A stretch of DNA of 64,000 nt, from IMG/VR virus record IMGVR_UViG_3300012012_001842. The stretch is one strand, 5' to 3'. The notes beneath the pieces were generated by a model, which was given only the letters and a program-made list of their open reading frames with translations, was not told where the DNA came from and did not search any database. The DNA is from an uncultured virus (IMG/VR IMGVR_UViG_3300012012_001842) (lineage: Duplodnaviria > Heunggongvirae > Uroviricota > Caudoviricetes). Shown piece after piece: positions 56,385 to 64,000 of this stretch (the first letter of the stretch is position 1; the number at the start of each line of letters is the position of its first letter). The position numbers were made by a program, and so were the translations under genes.

Positions 56385-58187
56385 GTGCCCGCATTTTTTA
56401 ACTCCGAATGGCTCAACAGCAACAGCCAGCGCAGCTACCCGTTTGCCGAGCACGCGACAAAGACAGACGTCACGTCGTCGATCGTCATGCCGGACAGTTT
56501 CCTGGTGGAGCTGTACATGCCGGTGTCTGCCGTGTTCGACACGCTGCCAGACAAGTTCTACGTCCATTCCATCGCAATCATCGGCGCTGGGTACGTGCTG
56601 AACATAGGCTACGACGACGGCACCAGCGAGCCGACAATAATCGCCGTGACCAGCATCGCCCGTACGAACTTTCACGAGAACGGACGCTACGCTCTGGTCG
56701 GCACCGGCGACTTCGACGACACCGTCGGAAAAGTGGTCATTGGACGGCTGCAGGAGATCGAACGTCTGCCTGCCGGCATCTACACGTTCACTCCAGCGGG
56801 CGGAGCTATCGATCCGGACTGCATTCGACCGATGATTCGCGGAGTCAGCTCGATCGCTGTTGACCTTAACGGCGTGCGAGGTCCTCGTCTGCGTGACAGG
56901 GTGATCCTGTCGGCTGGGAACGGCATACGTCTGTCCACCATCACCGGACCAGGCATCGACTCCAGGATTCGCATCGACGCCATCCCAGGCAGCCTCGAAG
57001 AGGCGTGTCTGTGCGACGAACCTCAACCGCCTTGCATCCGTACCATCAACGGGATCCCTGGAGACTCGAACCAGAACTTCACACTGACCGGAGACAACTG
57101 TCTGGTCATTACGCCATCCGGCAACGGGCTGCGTCTGGAAGACAAGTGCTGCAAGCCATGCTGCGGCTGTGATGAGCTGAACGAAGTGCTGCGAGCTTTG
57201 CGCGGCACGCAGTCCAGTCTGCACACGGTCGAGAACTTCACCAGTCGGTTGGCTGGTGAGGTGCAGGAGATGGAACTGACCGTTCTCAGCAGTCGACTGA
57301 ACGACACCGGCTGCGGCGGTGGCGGTGGCGGCGGCGGTGGAGGTGGAACAGCTCCAACGATCACCATCACCGCAGCTCCGTCGAGCGTCGCGTCAGGGGC
57401 CAGCGCCACATTAACCTGGAGTTCCACCAACGCTACCACAGTCACAATTGACGGATCTTCAGTGGCGTTGTCCGGGTCGATGTCAGTCTCGCCCGGCGGC
57501 ACGCATACTTACACAGCTGCGGCTGTCGGCGTAGGCGGCACCGCCTCCGCTTCGGCCACTGTGACAGTGACAGGCTCCGGCGGACCGCCAACGATCAACC
57601 TCACAGTCAGTCCGGCCAATGTGCTCGCCGGAGGCTCTGCCACGCTAAGCTGGAGTTCCACCAACGCCGTCGCAGTCACAATTGATGGAACTTCAGCAGC
57701 GTTGTCCGGGTCTCGGGCTATCACCGCTCCTGTAACATCTGGTCAACGGGCGATGCTTCAGTTTACCCACACGGCCCTGGCTACTAAGCCAGGCGCTACT
57801 AGCGGCAGCGATTCGGTAATTTTGCACGTAGCTCCTGTGCCTGTGGGTGCTATGCGGGTTACCTTCAGTATCAGCGGAACTGCCGGCAGCTTCTCTATGT
57901 CATGGAATGCCGCCGAACGACAGTGGCGATCGTACGCCACTTCCGGCGTGGCAACCAGCCGAGCGCTGACTGCGCAACTGGCCGGGGTTAGCTCAGGACC
58001 GGCTGCCGGTGCTACTTTGGTCATCTCCAGCCCGATCAACGGCCCTGTGGCTTGGTACAACTCCAGTTCAGGTGCGACAGACATCTCTGAAGGTGTGTGC
58101 GGGTCACTCTCACTCGGCAAGAACGTCAGCATGTCATCCATATACGGGCAGACTTACTCCAACGTGGCGACCGGGGCCTGCCTGTAA
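56385..58187 (+). CDS. Cys-rich fibre/baseplate paralog 1 with poly-Gly hinge and two Ig-like repeats
   Basis: WLNSNSQRSYPF; IRTINGIPGD; CCKPCCGC; Gly run; 2x PTI....P..V..G.SATL.WSSTNA..VTIDG.S.ALSGS. Confidence 0.7.
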   Translation: MPAFFNSEWLNSNSQRSYPFAEHATKTDVTSSIVMPDSFLVELYMPVSAVFDTLPDKFYVHSIAIIGAGYVLNIGYDDGTSEPTIIAVTSIARTNFHENGRYALVGTGDFDDTVGKVVIGRLQEIERLPAGIYTFTPAGGAIDPDCIRPMIRGVSSIAVDLNGVRGPRLRDRVILSAGNGIRLSTITGPGIDSRIRIDAIPGSLEEACLCDEPQPPCIRTINGIPGDSNQNFTLTGDNCLVITPSGNGLRLEDKCCKPCCGCDELNEVLRALRGTQSSLHTVENFTSRLAGEVQEMELTVLSSRLNDTGCGGGGGGGGGGGTAPTITITAAPSSVASGASATLTWSSTNATTVTIDGSSVALSGSMSVSPGGTHTYTAAAVGVGGTASASATVTVTGSGGPPTINLTVSPANVLAGGSATLSWSSTNAVAVTIDGTSAALSGSRAITAPVTSGQRAMLQFTHTALATKPGATSGSDSVILHVAPVPVGAMRVTFSISGTAGSFSMSWNAAERQWRSYATSGVATSRALTAQLAGVSSGPAAGATLVISSPINGPVAWYNSSSGATDISEGVCGSLSLGKNVSMSSIYGQTYSNVATGACL

Positions 58188-58204
58188 CAATTGCGAGTAC
58201 GGAC

Positions 58205-59767
58205 ATGCCCACTCTTTTCAATTCACTGCTGTCGCCTGACGCCGGGCGTGGAACCGGAGTGGAGTTCCACGGCTCGAATTACCCTTTTGTATCGCCCAAC
58301 AACGGCTCGCGAGGTCTGCTGGCTGATCTGTGGCTGACGCACGACGACACGACGCTTGTGCCGCCATTCAGAGTGTCTCAAATGCTGCACATGGGTCGAC
58401 CGCTCGACCTGGAGGCAGCCGCTCCGCCGGACGAGCACCCGTGCGACCTGGTTATACTGGACGCTACCAACTCCGTCGTCTGTGACACCCGCCTGGCTTC
58501 GCGATACGACGGTCGCCGATTCGGTAGCCGGTTCTTCGTTCACGAGTGGAGGTTCCCGGACCGAGTCTGCAGCGTCGTGCAGCACGCAGCCCTGGACGAT
58601 CTGCTGCAAGACGTGTTACGCACGACAGACAACGGTGACGGCCAGATCGAGGAAGCCGAGCTGGACGCCTACCTCACAACGTTTGGCAATCCCATCCCGG
58701 AGTTGATCATACCGACGTCCGGTGAGTTGGATGAACGGACACACGAATTACTGGTAGACCGGCTGCTGGAGTTTGAAGTAGACGGAGTGGTCATTTCAGG
58801 AAATGTCATCCTGGTGCCGGGATTCAACATCGTCTTAGGTGGCGACGCCTCGCTGTCGCAGCGAATACCGGCGGGCCTTCCAACAAGTTTGCGTTCGTCG
58901 ATCGGCTCTACGTTATCGTTGACAGAGAACGTGGTGTCGATTTCGATCGAGCCTGGCGGCGGTGAAGGGCCTGTTCCTGGCTGCGACGGAGCGGAAGCCG
59001 GCCTGCGGTCGATCAACATCACCAATCCAACCAACGACGGACGGTTCACGCTCTCCGGAGTGGCCTGCATCGACGTGTCTCCACCGCCATTGGACGGACG
59101 TCCGTTGGAGCTGTTGACGAGCGCATTGAAACTCAGCAACCATTGCGGCGCGTGCTGCGCTTGCACGGACTATGTCGCCACGTACAAGCAGATTCGGCGG
59201 GTCTACGACCGTATCAAGGTGGCGGCGGCACTGGCCGAGGTGGTCCGATACGACTACCACGACTTGCTGGATCGATGGGACACAGAAAAGCTGTGCCGCG
59301 AGTCAAAGCCGCTGCGAGTCGGCTGCTCGGGTGCGAAATTCATCAGGCCGTACCCGGACGCCGATCCTCCTAAGCCGCCTTACGAGGTGACGTACGTCAC
59401 CATAGCCTGCACCGTGTGCAACACCACCGACGACTGTCTGTTCGACGTCCAGGTGCGGTTGTCGCACGGCTGGGGCGGCGGCGTCATTCTAAACGGCAGC
59501 AATTTCCAAACTTATGACGACGGGTCGTCTGACACAGCTGACGTTGGTAGCGGGCCAGTTCATTTCGCCAACTGGGGCCAGATCGCCAAGAACCAGTCCG
59601 TGTTTGTACAGTTCACGCTGATGTGGGAGCCGATCAACACTCCGTCTGGCTCGTTTACGGTTTGTGCCACAGCCACGGCCGCAGGTCAGACGTTGCCGCT
59701 GGGCGGGACAGCCTACGAGACGTGTGATACGACGACAGTGGCTATCCAAGTACTGGCGGTGTTCTGA
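58205..59767 (+). CDS. Cys-rich fibre/baseplate paralog 2
   Basis: SNYPF; LRSINITNPTNDGRFTL; NHCGACCAC. Confidence 0.65.
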   Translation: MPTLFNSLLSPDAGRGTGVEFHGSNYPFVSPNNGSRGLLADLWLTHDDTTLVPPFRVSQMLHMGRPLDLEAAAPPDEHPCDLVILDATNSVVCDTRLASRYDGRRFGSRFFVHEWRFPDRVCSVVQHAALDDLLQDVLRTTDNGDGQIEEAELDAYLTTFGNPIPELIIPTSGELDERTHELLVDRLLEFEVDGVVISGNVILVPGFNIVLGGDASLSQRIPAGLPTSLRSSIGSTLSLTENVVSISIEPGGGEGPVPGCDGAEAGLRSINITNPTNDGRFTLSGVACIDVSPPPLDGRPLELLTSALKLSNHCGACCACTDYVATYKQIRRVYDRIKVAAALAEVVRYDYHDLLDRWDTEKLCRESKPLRVGCSGAKFIRPYPDADPPKPPYEVTYVTIACTVCNTTDDCLFDVQVRLSHGWGGGVILNGSNFQTYDDGSSDTADVGSGPVHFANWGQIAKNQSVFVQFTLMWEPINTPSGSFTVCATATAAGQTLPLGGTAYETCDTTTVAIQVLAVF

Positions 59768-61353
59768 TGTCCTACAAGGGCCGAAACTTTCACGATCTGA
59801 ACTCCGTCCGCGGCTATCCGCTGGACGATACGGCCACCGGTCTGTCTGACGACGGAGTCAGAATGCCAGACGGCATCCTGGTGGACGCCTGTCTCCGCTT
59901 CCCTCGCACGATCGGTCAGTTTGCCTACCTGATGGCTGTCAATTCTTCGCCGACGCAGGTCAGCTTCGTGATCGGCGTCGCGGACGAGCTCGATGACAGC
60001 ACCATGCTGCCGATCGCCGCACTGTCGCTGTCGGCTCCGATACTGTCCGGCAAGCCGTATGAGCTTAAACCGCTGTTGGTTGGAGTTGCCGGCTGGCTGG
60101 TATTCGGACCGAACGACGAGCCGTACGCTGGCAAATTCTCCACGCCGTCGCAAAGCCGTTTGTTGGACAGGGTGGCGAGGCCGTATCAAAGTCTGCCAGT
60201 GCCGTGGATCTCGAAGACGATGGACGAGCACAAGCTTGTCAGCGAGACACACTTGTTTGGCGGCACGGACATCGAGGTGATAACCGGGCAGAGGTTGATC
60301 GAAGGCGTGCTGAAAGACGCCGTCATCATTCGACTTACTGGCGATCTGCAGGCCAAGCTAGAAGAGTACGCGGGCACGTGCGGCGGGCGTCCAGACAGCC
60401 GTACCTGCATTCTGCCTGGTGTTGAAAGCATCTCCGGGGCGACGCCAGACGCTAATGGCGACATCGAGATCGCGTTCGGAGGTATGCGGGCTTCGTCCAT
60501 TCCCAACGGAGTGTTGGTCAGTACGTCCGCGTCACTACCGGAATTGTGCGGTGACCGGCTCGTTTCCGTTGATGAGCCTGTGGACTACTGCAGCTCGATG
60601 TCCGAGATCAGCGAGAGCACCGGCGTCTCCGACAGCATTAGCGACAGTGTGAGCGATTCTGTCAGTACGTCGGAGTCGTCCAGCGTTGTCGATGTAACCT
60701 ATCCGAAGTGCGTCCGCTTCTTTTCGGACGAGACCTCGCCGCTGTCGTTTCCATACGGCGCGTGGGATAAGACCGCAGCCTACCCGCACACGTTTCCGTG
60801 CTGGGACGGCGGTCACGATGAGCCTACGTGGAGGTCTCAACGGACCAACCACACGCCCCTTGCCGTCGGCAACCCCTGCGGTTCTCAGATCGCCATCTTT
60901 AACAATCCTGACTACACTCAAGCCGTAAACATGTCCGTCGAGACGTCTCTGCGGGTCATCGGCGCAGACGCCATCGCCGGTGTGTTGTTCGGTTATCGCC
61001 GGCTGTGGGACCGCAGTTACCCAGACGGCTTCGCAGCTGTCATGGATCGCAGCCGCAGCAGTTTCAGCATCGGTTACTGGACGCCTTCTGGGTTCTTGCC
61101 ACTCGTGTCCTCGAAAAAATTGTATTTTGACTCAGGGTACTGGCACAAGATCCAGGCAACCATCACCCAGGACGGCGCGGACATCGTGTTGCAGGCTTCG
61201 CTTGGCATAGTTGGCGGCAATTCCAGCCGCTCGATTCAGACGCGAATTCAAGGCGGTTGGCGAGATAGCGCCAGTGGTCGTTTCGGGCTGCTGGCCATGG
61301 GTCAGACTGCTGAAAACTCAATGTTTGCCTACCTCCGCATGGATCTAATCTGA
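59767..61353 (+). CDS. Fibre/baseplate paralog 3 with Ser-rich linker and C-terminal beta-sandwich
   Basis: FHDLNSVRGYPL; VESISGATPDANGDI; SESTGVSDSISDSVSDSVSTSESSS. Confidence 0.65.
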   Translation: MSYKGRNFHDLNSVRGYPLDDTATGLSDDGVRMPDGILVDACLRFPRTIGQFAYLMAVNSSPTQVSFVIGVADELDDSTMLPIAALSLSAPILSGKPYELKPLLVGVAGWLVFGPNDEPYAGKFSTPSQSRLLDRVARPYQSLPVPWISKTMDEHKLVSETHLFGGTDIEVITGQRLIEGVLKDAVIIRLTGDLQAKLEEYAGTCGGRPDSRTCILPGVESISGATPDANGDIEIAFGGMRASSIPNGVLVSTSASLPELCGDRLVSVDEPVDYCSSMSEISESTGVSDSISDSVSDSVSTSESSSVVDVTYPKCVRFFSDETSPLSFPYGAWDKTAAYPHTFPCWDGGHDEPTWRSQRTNHTPLAVGNPCGSQIAIFNNPDYTQAVNMSVETSLRVIGADAIAGVLFGYRRLWDRSYPDGFAAVMDRSRSSFSIGYWTPSGFLPLVSSKKLYFDSGYWHKIQATITQDGADIVLQASLGIVGGNSSRSIQTRIQGGWRDSASGRFGLLAMGQTAENSMFAYLRMDLI

Positions 61354-61354
61354 C

Positions 61355-62098
61355 GTGGCCAGAATAGTTCACCCGCAGTTTCGTGATGAGAACGCGTACT
61401 CTAAGTACCCGTTCACGGACCTGTCGTCGCTCGTGTCGGACACAGGCGAGGAGCTACCTCGCGACGCACTGATCGACGCCGTGCTGCATCCGGTAGGACT
61501 GTCGCAGTCACTGGTCTTGCTGAGTGTGACCATCGACGGTTTGACAGCTTCATTTTCTATTGGGTGGGATTCTGAAGAGCTGTGCTCTGGGTCGATTTAC
61601 CTGTCGGGGCAAAACGGAGCCACTGCGATGGCGGACGGTCTTGGGAGGCCCGCCGGCGTGTTGCTGTTCAATCCAGGCACGATCGCCACAATTCAGGGCT
61701 GGCAGAACGGAGTCCACAGTTTCGGGCGTGCCGCCACGTTCGTTCCTACCGTCGTCATACCGTCTCCGGAAGTTGCCGTGCGAGGTCTCGGCGCTGAGTC
61801 CGATGTGCCTCTCGTCAACGATGTCTGGATCGTTGGGGAGGACGGTGTGTTGGTGACAGACGACAACGGCGACATCCGTATCGACATCGTGGGTGATCCT
61901 CTCTGGCGTCGCGCGGTTTGCGATCGACAACCTGACTTCCAAAGTCCAAACTTTGCGTTGACAATCAACGGGACTCCTCCAGATGACTACGGTAATTGGA
62001 GGCTTGTAACCGGCCGCGAGTTGACGACGAAGCCGGCGTTACGCGTCCGTCCGGAAAATGGCGTTTTGATCATTGAACTCGCGTTACCTGGAGGCTGA
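61355..62098 (+). CDS. Fibre/baseplate paralog 4
   Basis: FRDENAYSKYPF; LTINGTPPDDYGNW. Confidence 0.65.
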   Translation: MARIVHPQFRDENAYSKYPFTDLSSLVSDTGEELPRDALIDAVLHPVGLSQSLVLLSVTIDGLTASFSIGWDSEELCSGSIYLSGQNGATAMADGLGRPAGVLLFNPGTIATIQGWQNGVHSFGRAATFVPTVVIPSPEVAVRGLGAESDVPLVNDVWIVGEDGVLVTDDNGDIRIDIVGDPLWRRAVCDRQPDFQSPNFALTINGTPPDDYGNWRLVTGRELTTKPALRVRPENGVLIIELALPGG

Positions 62099-62099
62099 C

Positions 62100-63017
62100 T
62101 TGCCACGCACTAGCTTCCACGACGACAACCGACATCGCCGATACCCATTTGTCAGCACGCCCGAAATCGAGGCGGCTGCCGCAGACGATCAGATTCCGGA
62201 CAGTCTGCTGCTGGACGTTGGTTTCACAATGGCGGCCTACTCCGGCTTCGATCCCGAGGTGCATGAGGTCTGGCTAGAGGAAATCTACGCGTCCGGAGGT
62301 GCTTTGGTTCTGGTCTTTCAAACTGACTGTAACGCGGTGGCGTCCGATAACCCGCTCGTGTTTCAGCTGCAGCCGGATACCAGTGAATCGCAAGTGGCGT
62401 TCACTGAGTCGTCAGGCGTGACCATGGAATGCTCCAGCGCACAACTCATCTGGTACGGATTTGTCGCAGTCGGCAGCGTGTCAAAAACACTGACCTGGTT
62501 AGGTACGCACAGCGGCGAGCTGAACCGCTTGCAGCACACGGTAGAGCCGTCGCTGGTGCAGAACATCGACAAGACCTACGTGCGGTCAGCCAGCCTGGCT
62601 AACAGACAGCGCACGCGCGTGACAGACATCCCCGGCGTGACTCGGCCGTACATCGTCAACTCCAAAGGCATCCAAGGACCGCTCCGGTTCAAAGAAGGCA
62701 AAAACGTCACGATCAGTTACGACCTCAATCGTAACGGCCTGACCATCTCCGCGGCGGTCGGCTCCGGTGAAGGCAAGGTCTGCGAGGAGCTGCCGCAGTT
62801 CGATGGCGAGGTGTCGCCCGACGGCGGCGAGTTGCTCAGCGGTGGACCTGCGTGCAGGCAGGTCGTCAAAACCCTAAACGGCATCTCCGGTTCGCGGATC
62901 ACATTGCAGGGCGGTTCTGGCATTCTCATCGAACGCGCCTCGGATGACGAACACAAGTTAATCATCCGCGTTGATGACGGGTCCGTCGCCCCCTGCAGCA
63001 CCGGGGGTTTAGCATGA
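62100..63017 (+). CDS. Fibre/baseplate paralog 5
   Basis: [22 protein letters not shown] at 62100 with GGAGG RBS. Confidence 0.65.
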   Translation: MPRTSFHDDNRHRRYPFVSTPEIEAAAADDQIPDSLLLDVGFTMAAYSGFDPEVHEVWLEEIYASGGALVLVFQTDCNAVASDNPLVFQLQPDTSESQVAFTESSGVTMECSSAQLIWYGFVAVGSVSKTLTWLGTHSGELNRLQHTVEPSLVQNIDKTYVRSASLANRQRTRVTDIPGVTRPYIVNSKGIQGPLRFKEGKNVTISYDLNRNGLTISAAVGSGEGKVCEELPQFDGEVSPDGGELLSGGPACRQVVKTLNGISGSRITLQGGSGILIERASDDEHKLIIRVDDGSVAPCSTGGLA

Positions 63018-63763
63018 CGAACGCATTCAATCCGGCCAACTGCGTTGTGGAAGACGTAGAGCGGATCGACAACTTCAAACTCATCGTAGACTGCGTGATT
63101 CGCGAGTCCCCGCCGCCGATTCATGGCTGCGCTGACCTGCAGTTCTGGCCTCCGCTACCAGGAGCTCCGGGTCCGATCGGACCTCAAGGACCTCAAGGAC
63201 CTCAAGGACCTCAAGGACCTCAAGGACCTCAAGGACCTCAAGGACCTCAAGGACCTCAAGGACCTCAAGGACCTCAGGGTCCTCGCGGAGTTCCTGGACC
63301 GCCAGGTCCGGATGGCGATGACGGCCCTCAGGGTCCTCCTGGTGACAAGTACGCCATCGTTCCCACGTCTCAAGGGGCTGTAGGTCTGGTGTGCGTGGAA
63401 AGTCCTGAGGTCTGGTTTGACGATGTCATCTCTGCCGCTGTGTGTGGTGAGTCGACGTACATCATGCTCGACCCGTTGTTCTGCGAGACAGTGGAACCGG
63501 GTTCGATTCGTGTCACCAGCCTGACCCCGTCCAGCCCGGCCATGTGCGGCGCCCGCGTCGAGCCTAGAAGTCCGGAACGGCATCTGTCGATGGTGGTGGT
63601 GGAGTGCTCAGCTCCGGTGGGTCGTTATCCTCTGCCGGCCTCGGTCACCGTCTGTGTTCGCGGAATACGTCGCGGTCGAGGCGGTGTGAGATTCCGCAAG
63701 TTTGACAACGAACAAATGAGGCGAAACGATGAGTTTTGGCGTTCAGCCTACGAGTGGAACTGA
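63014..63763 (+). CDS. Collagen-like tail fibre protein
   Basis: (GPQ)11 within a longer G-X-Y run; C-terminal [18 protein letters not shown] domain seen in phage fibres. Confidence 0.8.
   Translation: MTNAFNPANCVVEDVERIDNFKLIVDCVIRESPPPIHGCADLQFWPPLPGAPGPIGPQGPQGPQGPQGPQGPQGPQGPQGPQGPQGPQGPRGVPGPPGPDGDDGPQGPPGDKYAIVPTSQGAVGLVCVESPEVWFDDVISAAVCGESTYIMLDPLFCETVEPGSIRVTSLTPSSPAMCGARVEPRSPERHLSMVVVECSAPVGRYPLPASVTVCVRGIRRGRGGVRFRKFDNEQMRRNDEFWRSAYEWN
63179..63277 (+). repeat. 9-bp tandem repeat GGACCTCAA, 10 perfect copies plus 1 variant
   Basis: Read directly; encodes (GPQ)11. Confidence 0.95.
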
Positions 63764-64000
63764 AAACCTGCTTATCCGGTTGGCAAACGCGCCTGGCGAT
63801 ACGATCGTGCTGACAGCCGCTGTGCGGGATTTGGCGTTGCAGTATCCAGACAGGTTCTCCGTATCCGTCGATACGCACGCCAACTCCGTGTGGCATGGTA
63901 ATCCGCACGTTGTGCCGGTTGGCCCGTCGCCACGAGTGCTGCAGCTGAAGTACGGCGGGCAGATGCGTCGCGCACACGGCGGCGTTCGCATGCACTTCCT
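63729..64000 (+). CDS. GT9 (heptosyltransferase-like) glycosyltransferase, 3' truncated; absent from the ORF track
   Basis: Manual translation from ATG 63729: ...[39 protein letters not shown], matching the GT9 N-terminal GD motif and NP.V. Confidence 0.7.
   Translation, partial: MSFGVQPTSGTENLLIRLANAPGDTIVLTAAVRDLALQYPDRFSVSVDTHANSVWHGNPHVVPVGPSPRVLQLKYGGQMRRAHGGVRMHF

Larger units (their letters stand above)
1..64000 (+). mobile_element. Segment of a large contractile-tailed bacteriophage (or prophage) genome encoding its own multisubunit-type RNA polymerase and sigma factor
   Basis: Unidirectional, tightly packed ORFs with many ATGA/TGATG overlaps. Order is protease-scaffold-capsid-neck-sheath-spike-chaperones-tape measure-baseplate-fibres. 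Tad1 homolog present; no housekeeping genes, rRNA or tRNA. No portal, terminase or integrase recognised in the window. Confidence 0.93.

Noticed and set aside
63179..63277. CRISPR array; (DLK)n and (RSL)n ORFs in other frames
   Set aside because: No spacers and a 9-bp unit; the other frames are shadows of the collagen repeat.
35609..63763. T6SS, tailocin or eCIS locus
   Set aside because: Contiguous with protease, scaffold, capsid and neck genes; no T6SS membrane complex or ATPase recognised.
56385..63763. Diversity-generating retroelement or invertible fibre cassette
   Set aside because: No reverse transcriptase, recombinase or adenine-specific repeat pair seen in the window.
508..63995. 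Numerous long minus-strand and alternate-frame ORFs (e.g. 6915-7859, 13254-14306, 15078-16295, 27515-28654)
   Set aside because: Fully overlap well-supported plus-strand genes, carry no recognisable motifs, and are expected shadows in high-GC DNA.

Overview
All 64 kb reads as one almost gap-free, entirely plus-strand gene run from a large tailed (myovirus-like) phage or prophage with high GC. The host is unknown; Planctomycetota is only a guess. Left to right: (i) an accessory/counter-defence block (partial SIR2-like protein, SAM methyltransferase, a clear Tad1-family Thoeris anti-defence sponge, a 2H-phosphoesterase + InPase + Zn-ribbon polyprotein, a DxD glycosyltransferase); (ii) an envelope/lysis-like block with no visible endolysin (membrane proteins, lipoprotein, Tat substrate, papain-like C1 peptidase, exported thioredoxin); (iii) a head block containing a phage-encoded bacterial-type RNA polymerase with unusual architecture (beta fused to the N-half of beta', catalytic motif DHDGD; the beta' C-half is a separate gene), glycine-zipper proteins, prohead protease, scaffold, decoration protein and major capsid; (iv) GT2 glycosyltransferase, neck genes, tail sheath, an 817-nt N gap, spike, frameshift-linked chaperones, tape measure and baseplate genes with an embedded sigma70-family factor; (v) five paralogous Cys-rich fibre/baseplate genes, a collagen-repeat fibre and a partial GT9. 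Signals not explained by the gene list: a K-x-A/S motif throughout head-region proteins (proposed maturation code), Shine-Dalgarno sequences in the loops of covarying hairpins that match CsrA/RsmA sites ahead of major structural genes, and a promoter-to-terminator structured RNA at about 1490-1631. All calls come from motif recognition by eye; no database searches were run.
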